Shown here: positions 50,721-58,862 of the stretch, one piece after another
Layout: each line of letters starts with the position of its first letter
How positions within the stretch are numbered: the stretch's first letter is position 1
Assembly: GCA_963817955.1 (NCBI GenBank)
Contig: CAWFQK010000004.1
Span: forward strand, 1,632,001 to 1,696,000
Source of the DNA: an uncultured Gemmatimonadaceae bacterium
GTDB taxonomy: Bacteria; Gemmatimonadota; Gemmatimonadetes; Gemmatimonadales; Gemmatimonadaceae
Direction of reading: 5' to 3'
Length of the DNA stretch: 64,000 bases
Translations under genes and position numbers: made by a program
The notes under the pieces: generated by a model
The model's database searches: none
Told to the model about the DNA's origin: nothing
Seen by the model: the letters and a program-made list of their open reading frames with translations, nothing else

Positions 50721-51956
50721 TCAGGGGACCGGCAGGTGCGTCAAGGGGAGCGTCAGGCCGACATCGGGCAACACAGCCTCGATGATCCACGCGCGAAAAA
50801 ATGGATCGTCACAGGTGTAGCGGGCGCCGTCATGCACAAGGAGATCACGTCCCGTGAGGGTCGTCAGCGTCTTCGCCATGCGGCTCGTGGTACCGAGCGA
50901 GAAGCGCTGCAACACGGCGGACGTGGTCAGGCGGGCCTCGCCAGCCGCAACGGCGCGCAGACAGTTCTGCTGCAGGGCGGTCAGCGATTTCCAAGAGGCC
51001 TCGTATTGCGGCCGGCGTTCATCCACAATCCGACGGAGTGGCACGTCCAGAGCAGTGGGGCTGAGTTGCCCCGTGGGGCGCGCGACCTCGGCGGCTGTCT
51101 CCGCCAGCGTCCGCACGTCCCGGGTCCGCGGTCCAGCGAGCGCGATGAGGGCGCGCCCACAGCCCCGCGCGGTGATCCCCATCTGCGCGAACCGATCCTC
51201 AATCCACGCAGCGAAGTGGTCCTCGGGCAGGGGCCCGATTTCGTAGCGTCGGGCGAGATTGTGCATGGGGCCGTGCTTCGGGTCGCTGAGAGCATTGATG
51301 AGTGCGCGATCCGAGCCCGCGAACACATACGACACGTGTCGATGCTGCTGGATGGCCGCCCGGACCTGCCGCATGGCGCTCACGCTCGGCGCCTCGGACG
51401 CCTCCCGCCCCAGGCGTTCGATCTCCTGGAACTCGTCGAGAATGACGCCCAAGTGGACCTTGTGTGCTTTCGCCTGCTCCTCCAGTGTGTCCAGCGCCGC
51501 GACGAGCCGCGTCCGCTGTTCATGGAGAGGCGCTTCACGGAACGACAGTGTGGGAATTGGAATGAGCGTGCCGTCCGACCGCGCGCTCATCTCGAGCTTG
51601 AACTGCAACTGGTGGGCGAGGGCCGTGACCAACGTGCCCCACGATTGACCGAGCGCCGTCGCTGCTTCCGCCGCGAGCCGCGTCGTCATGTCCTCGATGG
51701 TCGTCGCGCTCCAGAGATCGAGGTAGAGCACCGGGGCTTTCTTTTTCTGATGCTGCAGGTCGTACTGGACGGCGCGCAGCAGGCTCGTCTTGCCGATGCG
51801 GCGCAGGCCCACGACGAGCAGGTGTCCGCCCGGCGTCTGGAGGGCCTGGGCGATCGCCCGGCGTTCCACCGCCCGGTCCGTGAAGTCGTCCCCCACGTGC
51901 GCGATACCAGCACCGGCGAACAGGTTGGGGGACACCAGGGAGCGACGGGATGCCAT
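50721..51956 (-). CDS. P-loop ATPase (ATPase_2/AAA-like) with C-terminal winged helix
   Basis: 'FTDR', Walker A GLRRIGKTS, Walker B VILDEFQ, 'FAGS', 'DPFFRAWI'. Confidence 0.85.
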   Translation of the reverse strand: MASRRSLVSPNLFAGAGIAHVGDDFTDRAVERRAIAQALQTPGGHLLVVGLRRIGKTSLLRAVQYDLQHQKKKAPVLYLDLWSATTIEDMTTRLAAEAATALGQSWGTLVTALAHQLQFKLEMSARSDGTLIPIPTLSFREAPLHEQRTRLVAALDTLEEQAKAHKVHLGVILDEFQEIERLGREASEAPSVSAMRQVRAAIQQHRHVSYVFAGSDRALINALSDPKHGPMHNLARRYEIGPLPEDHFAAWIEDRFAQMGITARGCGRALIALAGPRTRDVRTLAETAAEVARPTGQLSPTALDVPLRRIVDERRPQYEASWKSLTALQQNCLRAVAAGEARLTTSAVLQRFSLGTTSRMAKTLTTLTGRDLLVHDGARYTCDDPFFRAWIIEAVLPDVGLTLPLTHLPVP

Positions 51957-52339
51957 GAAGCCTCGGGGCCACAGAACCACCAACGAAGGGCGTAACGACA
52001 CCCTAATCTAGTGCCTGAAAAGGCAGTGCGCAAAGAGGCCCTATGTAGGGCGCTCCAGGTCACTGCGCAACAGGGGGACGAGAGGACACGCGAGCGGCGT
52101 GACGTGGTAGCAGGATCTGGCGGAGCACCCGCGGCCGAATGGCGCCGCGGCGGTGTGGGCCGTGAAGCGACAGTTTCGCCGGGTAAAGAACCATCGTCCT
52201 TTGCCCTTGCTCAAGCAGGCCCTTCAGAACAAACTCACCAACACGAAATCCGCCGCGGCGTAAGCCGCCTCACCGCGCGGTAGCGCCTGAAGGTCAACTG
52301 CTGGCGGGACAGTTCCTCCTCGAAATCCGTGTAGAGTCA

Positions 52340-53278
52340 ATGCGCAAAGCCTTTGTCGGCGTCACCGATCAGGACTGGTACGAGTTCCTCAGTTACCGTC
52401 CTGATGTCCTGGAAGCCAACTTCTGGCAGCCGGGCGGCCGGACGCTGTTCAAGGCGCTCTCACCCGGAGACCTGTTTCTCTTCAAGTTGCACAGCCCGAA
52501 CAACTACATCGTCGGCGGAGGGTTCTTCGCCCACTCATCGCTGCTACCGGTATCGCTGGCGTGGGAGACTTTTGGCGCGTCAAACGGTGTTGCTTCGCTA
52601 TCGGAGATGCGGCGCAGGATCGAGAAGTACCGGCGTGACCCTGCTCGGCAGGGTGACGATTACACAATCGGGAACACCATTCTCGAACAGGTATTCTTTT
52701 TCACGCGCGATGCGTGGATCCCCATGCCATCGGACTTCGCCCTGAACATCGTGAGTGGCAAGACGTACGACCTGGAGGTTGGAACGGGCCGCGATTTGTG
52801 GCTTGCCCTGGATGCGCGGCTCCAAGCCGGCGGCGCGACCTCGCCTCAGCGTAACGTCAGTGAAGGCGCAGTCGCGCGCATGTTCTCGGATCCCGTGTTG
52901 GCGCGACGCCGACTTGGACAAGGCGCATTCCGGATTCTCGTGACGGACAACTACCAGCGGGAATGCGCCATCACCCGGGAGCATACACTGCCGGTGCTTC
53001 AAGCCGCGCACATACGGCCGGTCACTCAAGGGGGCGAGCACGCAGTGACGAACGGGCTCCTACTCCGGTCCGACGTCCACACGTTGTTCGACCGCGGATA
53101 CGCGACAATCACTCCGGACTTTCGCTTTCGCGTCAGCCCAAGACTCGGCTCAGATTGGCGCAACGGAAAGATCTATTACGAGCTCGATGGTAAGGAAATC
53201 CATCTCCCTACGGACGAATCATCTCGACCGGAAAGGTCGCTCCTGGAATGGCATTCCGACTCGGTGTTCCTGCGATGA
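52340..53278 (+). CDS. HNH endonuclease with N-terminal PUA/EVE-like domain (putative restriction nuclease)
   Basis: 'GVTDQDWY..NFWQP..PGDLFLFKLH'; 'RLGQGAFR..Y..CAIT..LQAAHIRP..NGLLLRSDVHTLFD'. Confidence 0.88.
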   Translation: MRKAFVGVTDQDWYEFLSYRPDVLEANFWQPGGRTLFKALSPGDLFLFKLHSPNNYIVGGGFFAHSSLLPVSLAWETFGASNGVASLSEMRRRIEKYRRDPARQGDDYTIGNTILEQVFFFTRDAWIPMPSDFALNIVSGKTYDLEVGTGRDLWLALDARLQAGGATSPQRNVSEGAVARMFSDPVLARRRLGQGAFRILVTDNYQRECAITREHTLPVLQAAHIRPVTQGGEHAVTNGLLLRSDVHTLFDRGYATITPDFRFRVSPRLGSDWRNGKIYYELDGKEIHLPTDESSRPERSLLEWHSDSVFLR

Positions 53279-53646
53279 GCGCCACACCAGACCGGTTGGC
53301 GAAGGTACAAGAGCGCCTGAAACAATTCGTAGCTGAGCGGCAGTGGGCACAGTTTCACGACCCCAAGAATCTCGCGATGGCGGTTGCGAGCGAAACAGGT
53401 GAGCTCGTAGCCGAGTTGAGATGGGTCTCGAGCGACAATGCCGACGACTTCGCCGCGATCCCGGAGCATCGGATCAAGCTCGAACACGAAGCGGCCGACG
53501 TGGCGATTGCACTCTTGTTGTTCTGCGATAGGATTGGCGTCGACTTGCTTTCAGCGATCGACCGAAAGATCGACATCAACGCGGCAAATTATCCGGTCCA
53601 GTTGTCCGCAGGTACGGCAGAGCGACCGCAGGTGCGAAGGTCGTGA
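53275..53646 (+). CDS. MazG-like nucleotide pyrophosphohydrolase (DCTPP1-like)
   Basis: 'FVAERQWAQFHDPKNLAMAVASETGEL', 'HEAADV', 'KIDINAANYP'; ATGA overlap with the HNH gene. Confidence 0.92.
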   Translation: MSATPDRLAKVQERLKQFVAERQWAQFHDPKNLAMAVASETGELVAELRWVSSDNADDFAAIPEHRIKLEHEAADVAIALLLFCDRIGVDLLSAIDRKIDINAANYPVQLSAGTAERPQVRRS

Positions 53647-53662
53647 TGCGAGCTTTCGCCTG

Positions 53663-56600
53663 ATGAGTCTTCCACGCGGCCTGTACGACCTTGTCGTCAC
53701 ACAAGCACTCGCGCGTTCGTTCGACCAGATCGCTCCAGATGCGTTCGACGTCCGTAATCTCACGGATGACGAGGCCCCCGACCGGTTTATCGATGCGCTC
53801 GCGGCCCAACTCAAGGCGATCCTCGCCGACTTTGCACGCGGTGAGCCGGAGCAGGCGGTTGCCCAGCTAGAGCTGATCAACGGTCTACTGAGCCATGTGC
53901 GCGAGGCGCATCCCAGTGTCGGCGCCCTAATCGAGCCGCTGGCGGCGCCGCCTCAGATTCTCCGCGCCGTCCGAAGCGCGGCCGACGCGCAGCCGATCGC
54001 GCCAGAGACTGGCCTTGCCACACCATGGCTGTTTACGGCTGGTCGTGGCTCTCCGTCGCTCCTTGCGGAGCTTCGCCGCGAAGCAATGGCCTGCGATCAA
54101 ATCGATATTCTCATCAGCTTCATCACGGTGTCTGGTGTTCGCAAGCTGATTGACATCCTGCGCGCGGCAACCGCTGCTGACGCATCAGGCAAAGGCAGAG
54201 CGCGCATTCGTGTACTCACGACCACGTACACGGGTGCCACGGAGATCGGCGCCCTGGATGAACTTGCGCACCTGAACGGCTGCCAAGTCAAAGTCTCACT
54301 CGACGGTCGCCGCACGCGGCTCCACGCGAAGGCCTGGATTTTTCACCGGCGTTCGGGTTTCGGTTCGGCCTATGTAGGAAGCGCCAACCTCTCGGGCGCT
54401 GCGCTCATGGGCGGCCTCGAGTGGACTGTGAAGTTCACGGAGCGCGGGCAGAGTGTTCTCTATGATCGCGCGAAAGCGCACTTCGACACGCTCTGGCTGG
54501 ACGACGAGTTCACGACGTACTCGCCGGACGATCCAGCGAGCAGAGCAGCTGTTGCCGAGGCGCTCGGACGTGAGGGACATGAAGGCACGAGAGTGTTGCC
54601 GCTGTATTTCGACATTCAGCCAAAACCTTATCAGCGTGACATGCTCGAGCAGCTCGCACGTGAGCGCGAACATGGCCGTACGCGGAACCTGCTGGTCGCC
54701 GCTACCGGCACGGGGAAGACGGTCGTTGCTGCTTTGGACTATCGGGAAACATGCTCGCGTCTCGGCCACCGGCCTCGCCTGCTGTTCGTAGCGCACCGCG
54801 CGCAAATCCTCCGACAAGCGCTGCGCACATATCGAGAAGCCTTGCGCGACCATTCCTTCGGCGAATTGCTCACGGGTGGGGTCACGCCACTGCAACACGA
54901 GCATCTATTCGCATCCATCGATACTCTGGCCTCGCGTGATCTCGTAGCGCGACTCGGGCCCGATTACTGGCATACTGTCGTGATCGACGAATGCCATCGG
55001 CTCGCCGCCGACCGGTTTGACCGGTTGGCCACGGCGATTCGGCCGGCAGAACTGTTGGGTCTCACTGCGACGCCGGAACGTTCTGACGGCAAATCCATCG
55101 AACGCTACTTCACGTCGCGACCAGACGGGTCACCAGCAGTCGAGCTCCGATTGTGGGATGCTCTGGACATGCAACTGCTCTCGCCATTCGAGTACTACGG
55201 CTGCGATGACGACACGGACTTTTCGGACGTTCCGTGGAATCGTCCTGGCGAAGTCGCCGCCGTCGATCTGTTGGTCAAGAGCAACCGTGCACGGGCGAAG
55301 ATCGTCATCGACGAGTGGCGCCGGCTATCGGGCAACCCTGTCGCTGGCAAAGCGCTCGTGTTCTGTGTCTCTGTTGCGCACGCCGAGTTCATGGCGCGGC
55401 AGTTCAACGAGGCGGGATTGCCGGCGCTTTGCATCACCGGTGACACCCCAAAGATCGACCAAGTGCGCGCGCCGAAGCGGCTCGCGGCTGGCGAGGTATG
55501 CGCGCTAGTGACGGTGGACCTGTACAACGAAGGAGTCGATATACCCGGCGTCGACACCTTGCTCCTATTGCGGCCGACACAAAGCGCTCTGCTGTTTCAG
55601 CAGCAGATTGGCCGAGGACTTCGTCTATTCCCGGGCAAAGAAAGTTGCCTTGTGCTCGACTTCGTCGGGCAGCAGCGCGTTGACTTCCGCTTCGATCGCC
55701 TGCTCTCTGGCATAACTGGGTTGACACGCCATCAACTGATCGACGCAGTGGAGCATGGCTTCAGCGGTTTGCCGCCTGGCTGTCACATCCAATTGCAGCA
55801 TCAGACGCGTCAGCAGGTGCTTCGTAGTCTCAGAACTCTGGTTCAGCAGAACTGGAGACGTCTTGCCGCCGAGGTACGTAGTTATGCTACCGTGCGGCGC
55901 ACGCGCGACGTCAAACTCGGCGAGTTCCTGCACGACCAGCGAATTCCGATTGAGGATGTCTATCGTTCCAGTGCGCCAAGCGGCTGGACGACACTGAAAC
56001 GAGCTGCGGGTCTGCTGCTTGGCAGCGCCCCGGAGGGCGAGGCAGAGCTCTCACGCCGATTTGGAGATCTGCTTCACCTCGACGATCCGGCTCAACTTGA
56101 GTTGATTCGTCGAGTCGCCGACGTGCGCGCGGACTTCAGCCCGACGTCCGGGACCGAGCGGTTACGCGCACAGATGCTGACCTATCAGCTAGACAGTGGG
56201 CGCCAGCCAGTGCCTTACGCCGACATGGTGAGACGCGTTGCGGAGAGACCCCATTGCGCGGAGGAGCTTGGTGAGCTCGCCGCAGTGCTCTCATCTCGTT
56301 CCCGCTTGGATGAACGGGCGGTGCCGCACATGGAGGACGTTCCGCTTCAGCTACACGGCGCTTACCGGATTCGCGAGATCCTGAGTGCCGTCGGGCACCT
56401 CACCGAGAACCGCCGCGCGCCGTTTCAAGCCGGTGTGCTACCCCTGAAGGGTCGGAAGACGGAATTGCTGTTCGTCACGCTCGACAAGAGCGAAGGCTTT
56501 CACGATCGGATTGCATATCATGACTATGCCGTGAGTTGCAGCCACTTTCACTGGCAAACGCAGAACACTGCCGGGCCAAATACGAATTCTGGTCGGCGGT

Positions 56601-56806
56601 ATTTGGAAAGTGTCGAGAACGGCTGGCGTTTTCAGCTGTTCGTGCGGATGACGAAATCTGATCCATATCGCGTCTGCGGCCCGGTACGTCTCGACAACCC
56701 GGACGACATCTCGGGTGACCGGCCGATGAGCATCACTTGGACGATGGAGGTTCCGCTTCCACCAAGACTGTTTGGCGAATTCAGTGTGTTGCGTGGTCAA
56801 GGCTGA
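53663..56806 (+). CDS. PLD(HKD)-SF2 helicase-DUF3427 protein, SauUSI-like type IV restriction enzyme
   Basis: 'LHAKAW..GSANLS..LEW', 'ATGTGKT', 'DECH', 'TATPER', 'QQIGRGLR', C-terminal 'FVTLDK..YHDYA..FHWQTQ..LFVR'. Confidence 0.9.
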   Translation: MSLPRGLYDLVVTQALARSFDQIAPDAFDVRNLTDDEAPDRFIDALAAQLKAILADFARGEPEQAVAQLELINGLLSHVREAHPSVGALIEPLAAPPQILRAVRSAADAQPIAPETGLATPWLFTAGRGSPSLLAELRREAMACDQIDILISFITVSGVRKLIDILRAATAADASGKGRARIRVLTTTYTGATEIGALDELAHLNGCQVKVSLDGRRTRLHAKAWIFHRRSGFGSAYVGSANLSGAALMGGLEWTVKFTERGQSVLYDRAKAHFDTLWLDDEFTTYSPDDPASRAAVAEALGREGHEGTRVLPLYFDIQPKPYQRDMLEQLAREREHGRTRNLLVAATGTGKTVVAALDYRETCSRLGHRPRLLFVAHRAQILRQALRTYREALRDHSFGELLTGGVTPLQHEHLFASIDTLASRDLVARLGPDYWHTVVIDECHRLAADRFDRLATAIRPAELLGLTATPERSDGKSIERYFTSRPDGSPAVELRLWDALDMQLLSPFEYYGCDDDTDFSDVPWNRPGEVAAVDLLVKSNRARAKIVIDEWRRLSGNPVAGKALVFCVSVAHAEFMARQFNEAGLPALCITGDTPKIDQVRAPKRLAAGEVCALVTVDLYNEGVDIPGVDTLLLLRPTQSALLFQQQIGRGLRLFPGKESCLVLDFVGQQRVDFRFDRLLSGITGLTRHQLIDAVEHGFSGLPPGCHIQLQHQTRQQVLRSLRTLVQQNWRRLAAEVRSYATVRRTRDVKLGEFLHDQRIPIEDVYRSSAPSGWTTLKRAAGLLLGSAPEGEAELSRRFGDLLHLDDPAQLELIRRVADVRADFSPTSGTERLRAQMLTYQLDSGRQPVPYADMVRRVAERPHCAEELGELAAVLSSRSRLDERAVPHMEDVPLQLHGAYRIREILSAVGHLTENRRAPFQAGVLPLKGRKTELLFVTLDKSEGFHDRIAYHDYAVSCSHFHWQTQNTAGPNTNSGRRYLESVENGWRFQLFVRMTKSDPYRVCGPVRLDNPDDISGDRPMSITWTMEVPLPPRLFGEFSVLRGQG

Positions 56807-56962
56807 CGCGCTGCGATCGGGCGCTCGGAGCTTCAGGTCAACTCCAGCTTGAGCGTCCGCCGGACGGACTTCAACTGCGACGCAAGGATGCGATCCGTGC
56901 CGCCAACCTAGCCAGTGGTCGGATTCCTGGTATATTCAAAATGAATATCACCGGAGGTCCTC

Positions 56963-57400
56963 ATGGCAAATCTGTCGGTCAACCTCCCGCCCGATCTCGA
57001 ACGGTCTCTGCGCCAACTCGCGCTCGTGGACCGGCGCAGCCTGACGGACGTCGTAGCAGACGCCCTGAACCTCTACTTCGCGTTGCCAGACGCCGGGCGC
57101 CGGGCGTTCCATACCGTCGCGGGCGTCGGCACGGCCGAGGAGCGGCGGCGGCTCGCCACTCAGATGGCCCGGGCGGCGGCGGGCATCAGTTACGAGGTCG
57201 CCGCACGGCGGGCGCTCGAGACGAGCGACCATCCGTCGCTATCAGCCGAAGCCCTCGCGCACCAGGACAACGTGGATCACGCCGTCGAAAGCCTCCTCGC
57301 GACGACCGAACCCAGGGCAGGCGCGTCCCGAGACAGCGCGGGGCCGGCGCGCCGGAGTCGCGCGAGTGGTGCGTCGGGTCGAGGGCGCCGCTCGGCCTAA
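56963..57400 (+). CDS. Ribbon-helix-helix-like putative antitoxin
   Basis: 'LSVNLPPDLERSLRQLALVDRRSLTDVVADAL'; GGAGG RBS; upstream of a PIN gene. Confidence 0.6.
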   Translation: MANLSVNLPPDLERSLRQLALVDRRSLTDVVADALNLYFALPDAGRRAFHTVAGVGTAEERRRLATQMARAAAGISYEVAARRALETSDHPSLSAEALAHQDNVDHAVESLLATTEPRAGASRDSAGPARRSRASGASGRGRRSA

Positions 57401-57418
57401 GCCATCCACCGCAATCCC

Positions 57419-58144
57419 ATGCCGGACTCGACCCCCCCCGGCGCATCGCGAGCCGGTCGTCGCGCGATAGAAACGGCGCACCCGACCGGAATCACCGATT
57501 CGCCGGCCCTACTCCGCTGCTGCGTCGATCTCAACGTCTGGCAGAATGCCGACCGGGCCCGCTTCGCTGCGCGACTGGCGCCCCAGTCTCCGTCGGCGGC
57601 AACCGAGATCATCGGTCTGCTCGCTGCGGGCCAAGGACCGGCCGGGCCGCTGCAGATGGTGCTCTCGGCGCGGATGCTTGGCCACTATGAGGCCGTGCTG
57701 CAGCGCAACCTCGGTGTCGCGCCGGAGGCGGCGAGGGCGCTGACCGACGCGATGGCCGACATGGCGCGATTAGGACCACTGGGGATTGACCCGCTCCTGA
57801 TTGTTGACGGCGGAGTCTACCCGAACCCGGACCCCGAGGATGCGGCGATCATTGAAGTAGCCTTGGCGGGCCAAGCCGACCTGCTCGTCACGCGTGACGC
57901 CCACCCCTTCATGGGACCCAACGTCCGTCCGATCGGAAAGATCCCGATCGGCGTTGCAGGTCACGTGATCTCGGCTGGCCGACCGCCGTTGCTCGTGGCT
58001 CAGCCTCCGCTTGCCTTGCACGTGCTGCGGCACGGCATCGCAACGCCCTGGCCGGATTGGCTGGTACGTGCCGTCGCCGCGGAGCATCGGGAGGTAGTGC
58101 GACGTGTGAGCGCACGGCGCGAGCATGAGGCACGTCGAAAGTAG
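57419..58144 (+). CDS. PIN-domain protein (putative VapC-type toxin)
   Basis: 'CVDLNVW' and 'DPEDAAIIEVALAGQADLLVTRD'. Confidence 0.78.
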   Translation: MPDSTPPGASRAGRRAIETAHPTGITDSPALLRCCVDLNVWQNADRARFAARLAPQSPSAATEIIGLLAAGQGPAGPLQMVLSARMLGHYEAVLQRNLGVAPEAARALTDAMADMARLGPLGIDPLLIVDGGVYPNPDPEDAAIIEVALAGQADLLVTRDAHPFMGPNVRPIGKIPIGVAGHVISAGRPPLLVAQPPLALHVLRHGIATPWPDWLVRAVAAEHREVVRRVSARREHEARRK

Positions 58145-58361
58145 CGAACGGTTGGCGCTATCGCGGCTACGCAGCGTGCCTGCCGCTACTCTGGGCCCGC
58201 GCAGGGAATGCGCGCGAGCACGTCGCGCACAGGGTCTCTGCTTCCCGCTCGGAACGATGGCCGTGTTTCAGAAGCAGCGGCCCAATACAGCTGGCCCTGG
58301 CTACAGCCGCAGCACGCATGTGAGGTTCTTGACGAGAGCCACCTTGATGTGACGGTCGAGG

Positions 58362-58712
58362 TCACAGGGCTGCCCACTCGATCACGCGTACACGGCCAAA
58401 CTCAGGGAAGCTCGATGGCGCCACAGCAGCGATGAGCTCGAACAGTCGCTTCGTCAAGTGCTCATCGCCCCGCACATTCTCCAGAGTGGGAACGTGCGAC
58501 CCAATTGTGATACCACGCGCAGCAGACCGTGTCTCGCGTTGGCCATCGGGGAACAGCCACAGTTCTACGTTGCCCTCATCCTCCGGATGGCGATACTGGT
58601 ACACGGTCACCTGCAGATGCGCCCTCATCAAGAGGCGATCTGTAACGTGGCGCTCGGGAAGGATGATGAAGGCCCGTTCGAGACCGCGCGGCCGCACCTG
58701 CACGATCGCCAC
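58362..58712 (-). CDS. Hypothetical protein, possibly 5'-truncated
   Basis: Globular-looking ORF; the frame stays open upstream without a clear start. Confidence 0.3.
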   Translation of the reverse strand: MAIVQVRPRGLERAFIILPERHVTDRLLMRAHLQVTVYQYRHPEDEGNVELWLFPDGQRETRSAARGITIGSHVPTLENVRGDEHLTKRLFELIAAVAPSSFPEFGRVRVIEWAAL

Positions 58713-58862
58713 TGCCCTCGGGGCAGCTCGCCAGAAACAAGCACGACGGACGCTGGCGTAATGTCGGGCGGGAATCCCGCCAACTGCTTTGAGTCTGCCA
58801 ATGGAACCCCGACTGTTGAGGTCGTGACTATCGCGGCACGGCCGTCGGGCGCGAGCGAGCGA

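Noticed and set aside
53438..53662. Extended start of the helicase ORF
   Set aside because: It overlaps the MazG-like gene; ATG 53663 (MSLPRGLYD) fits the family start.
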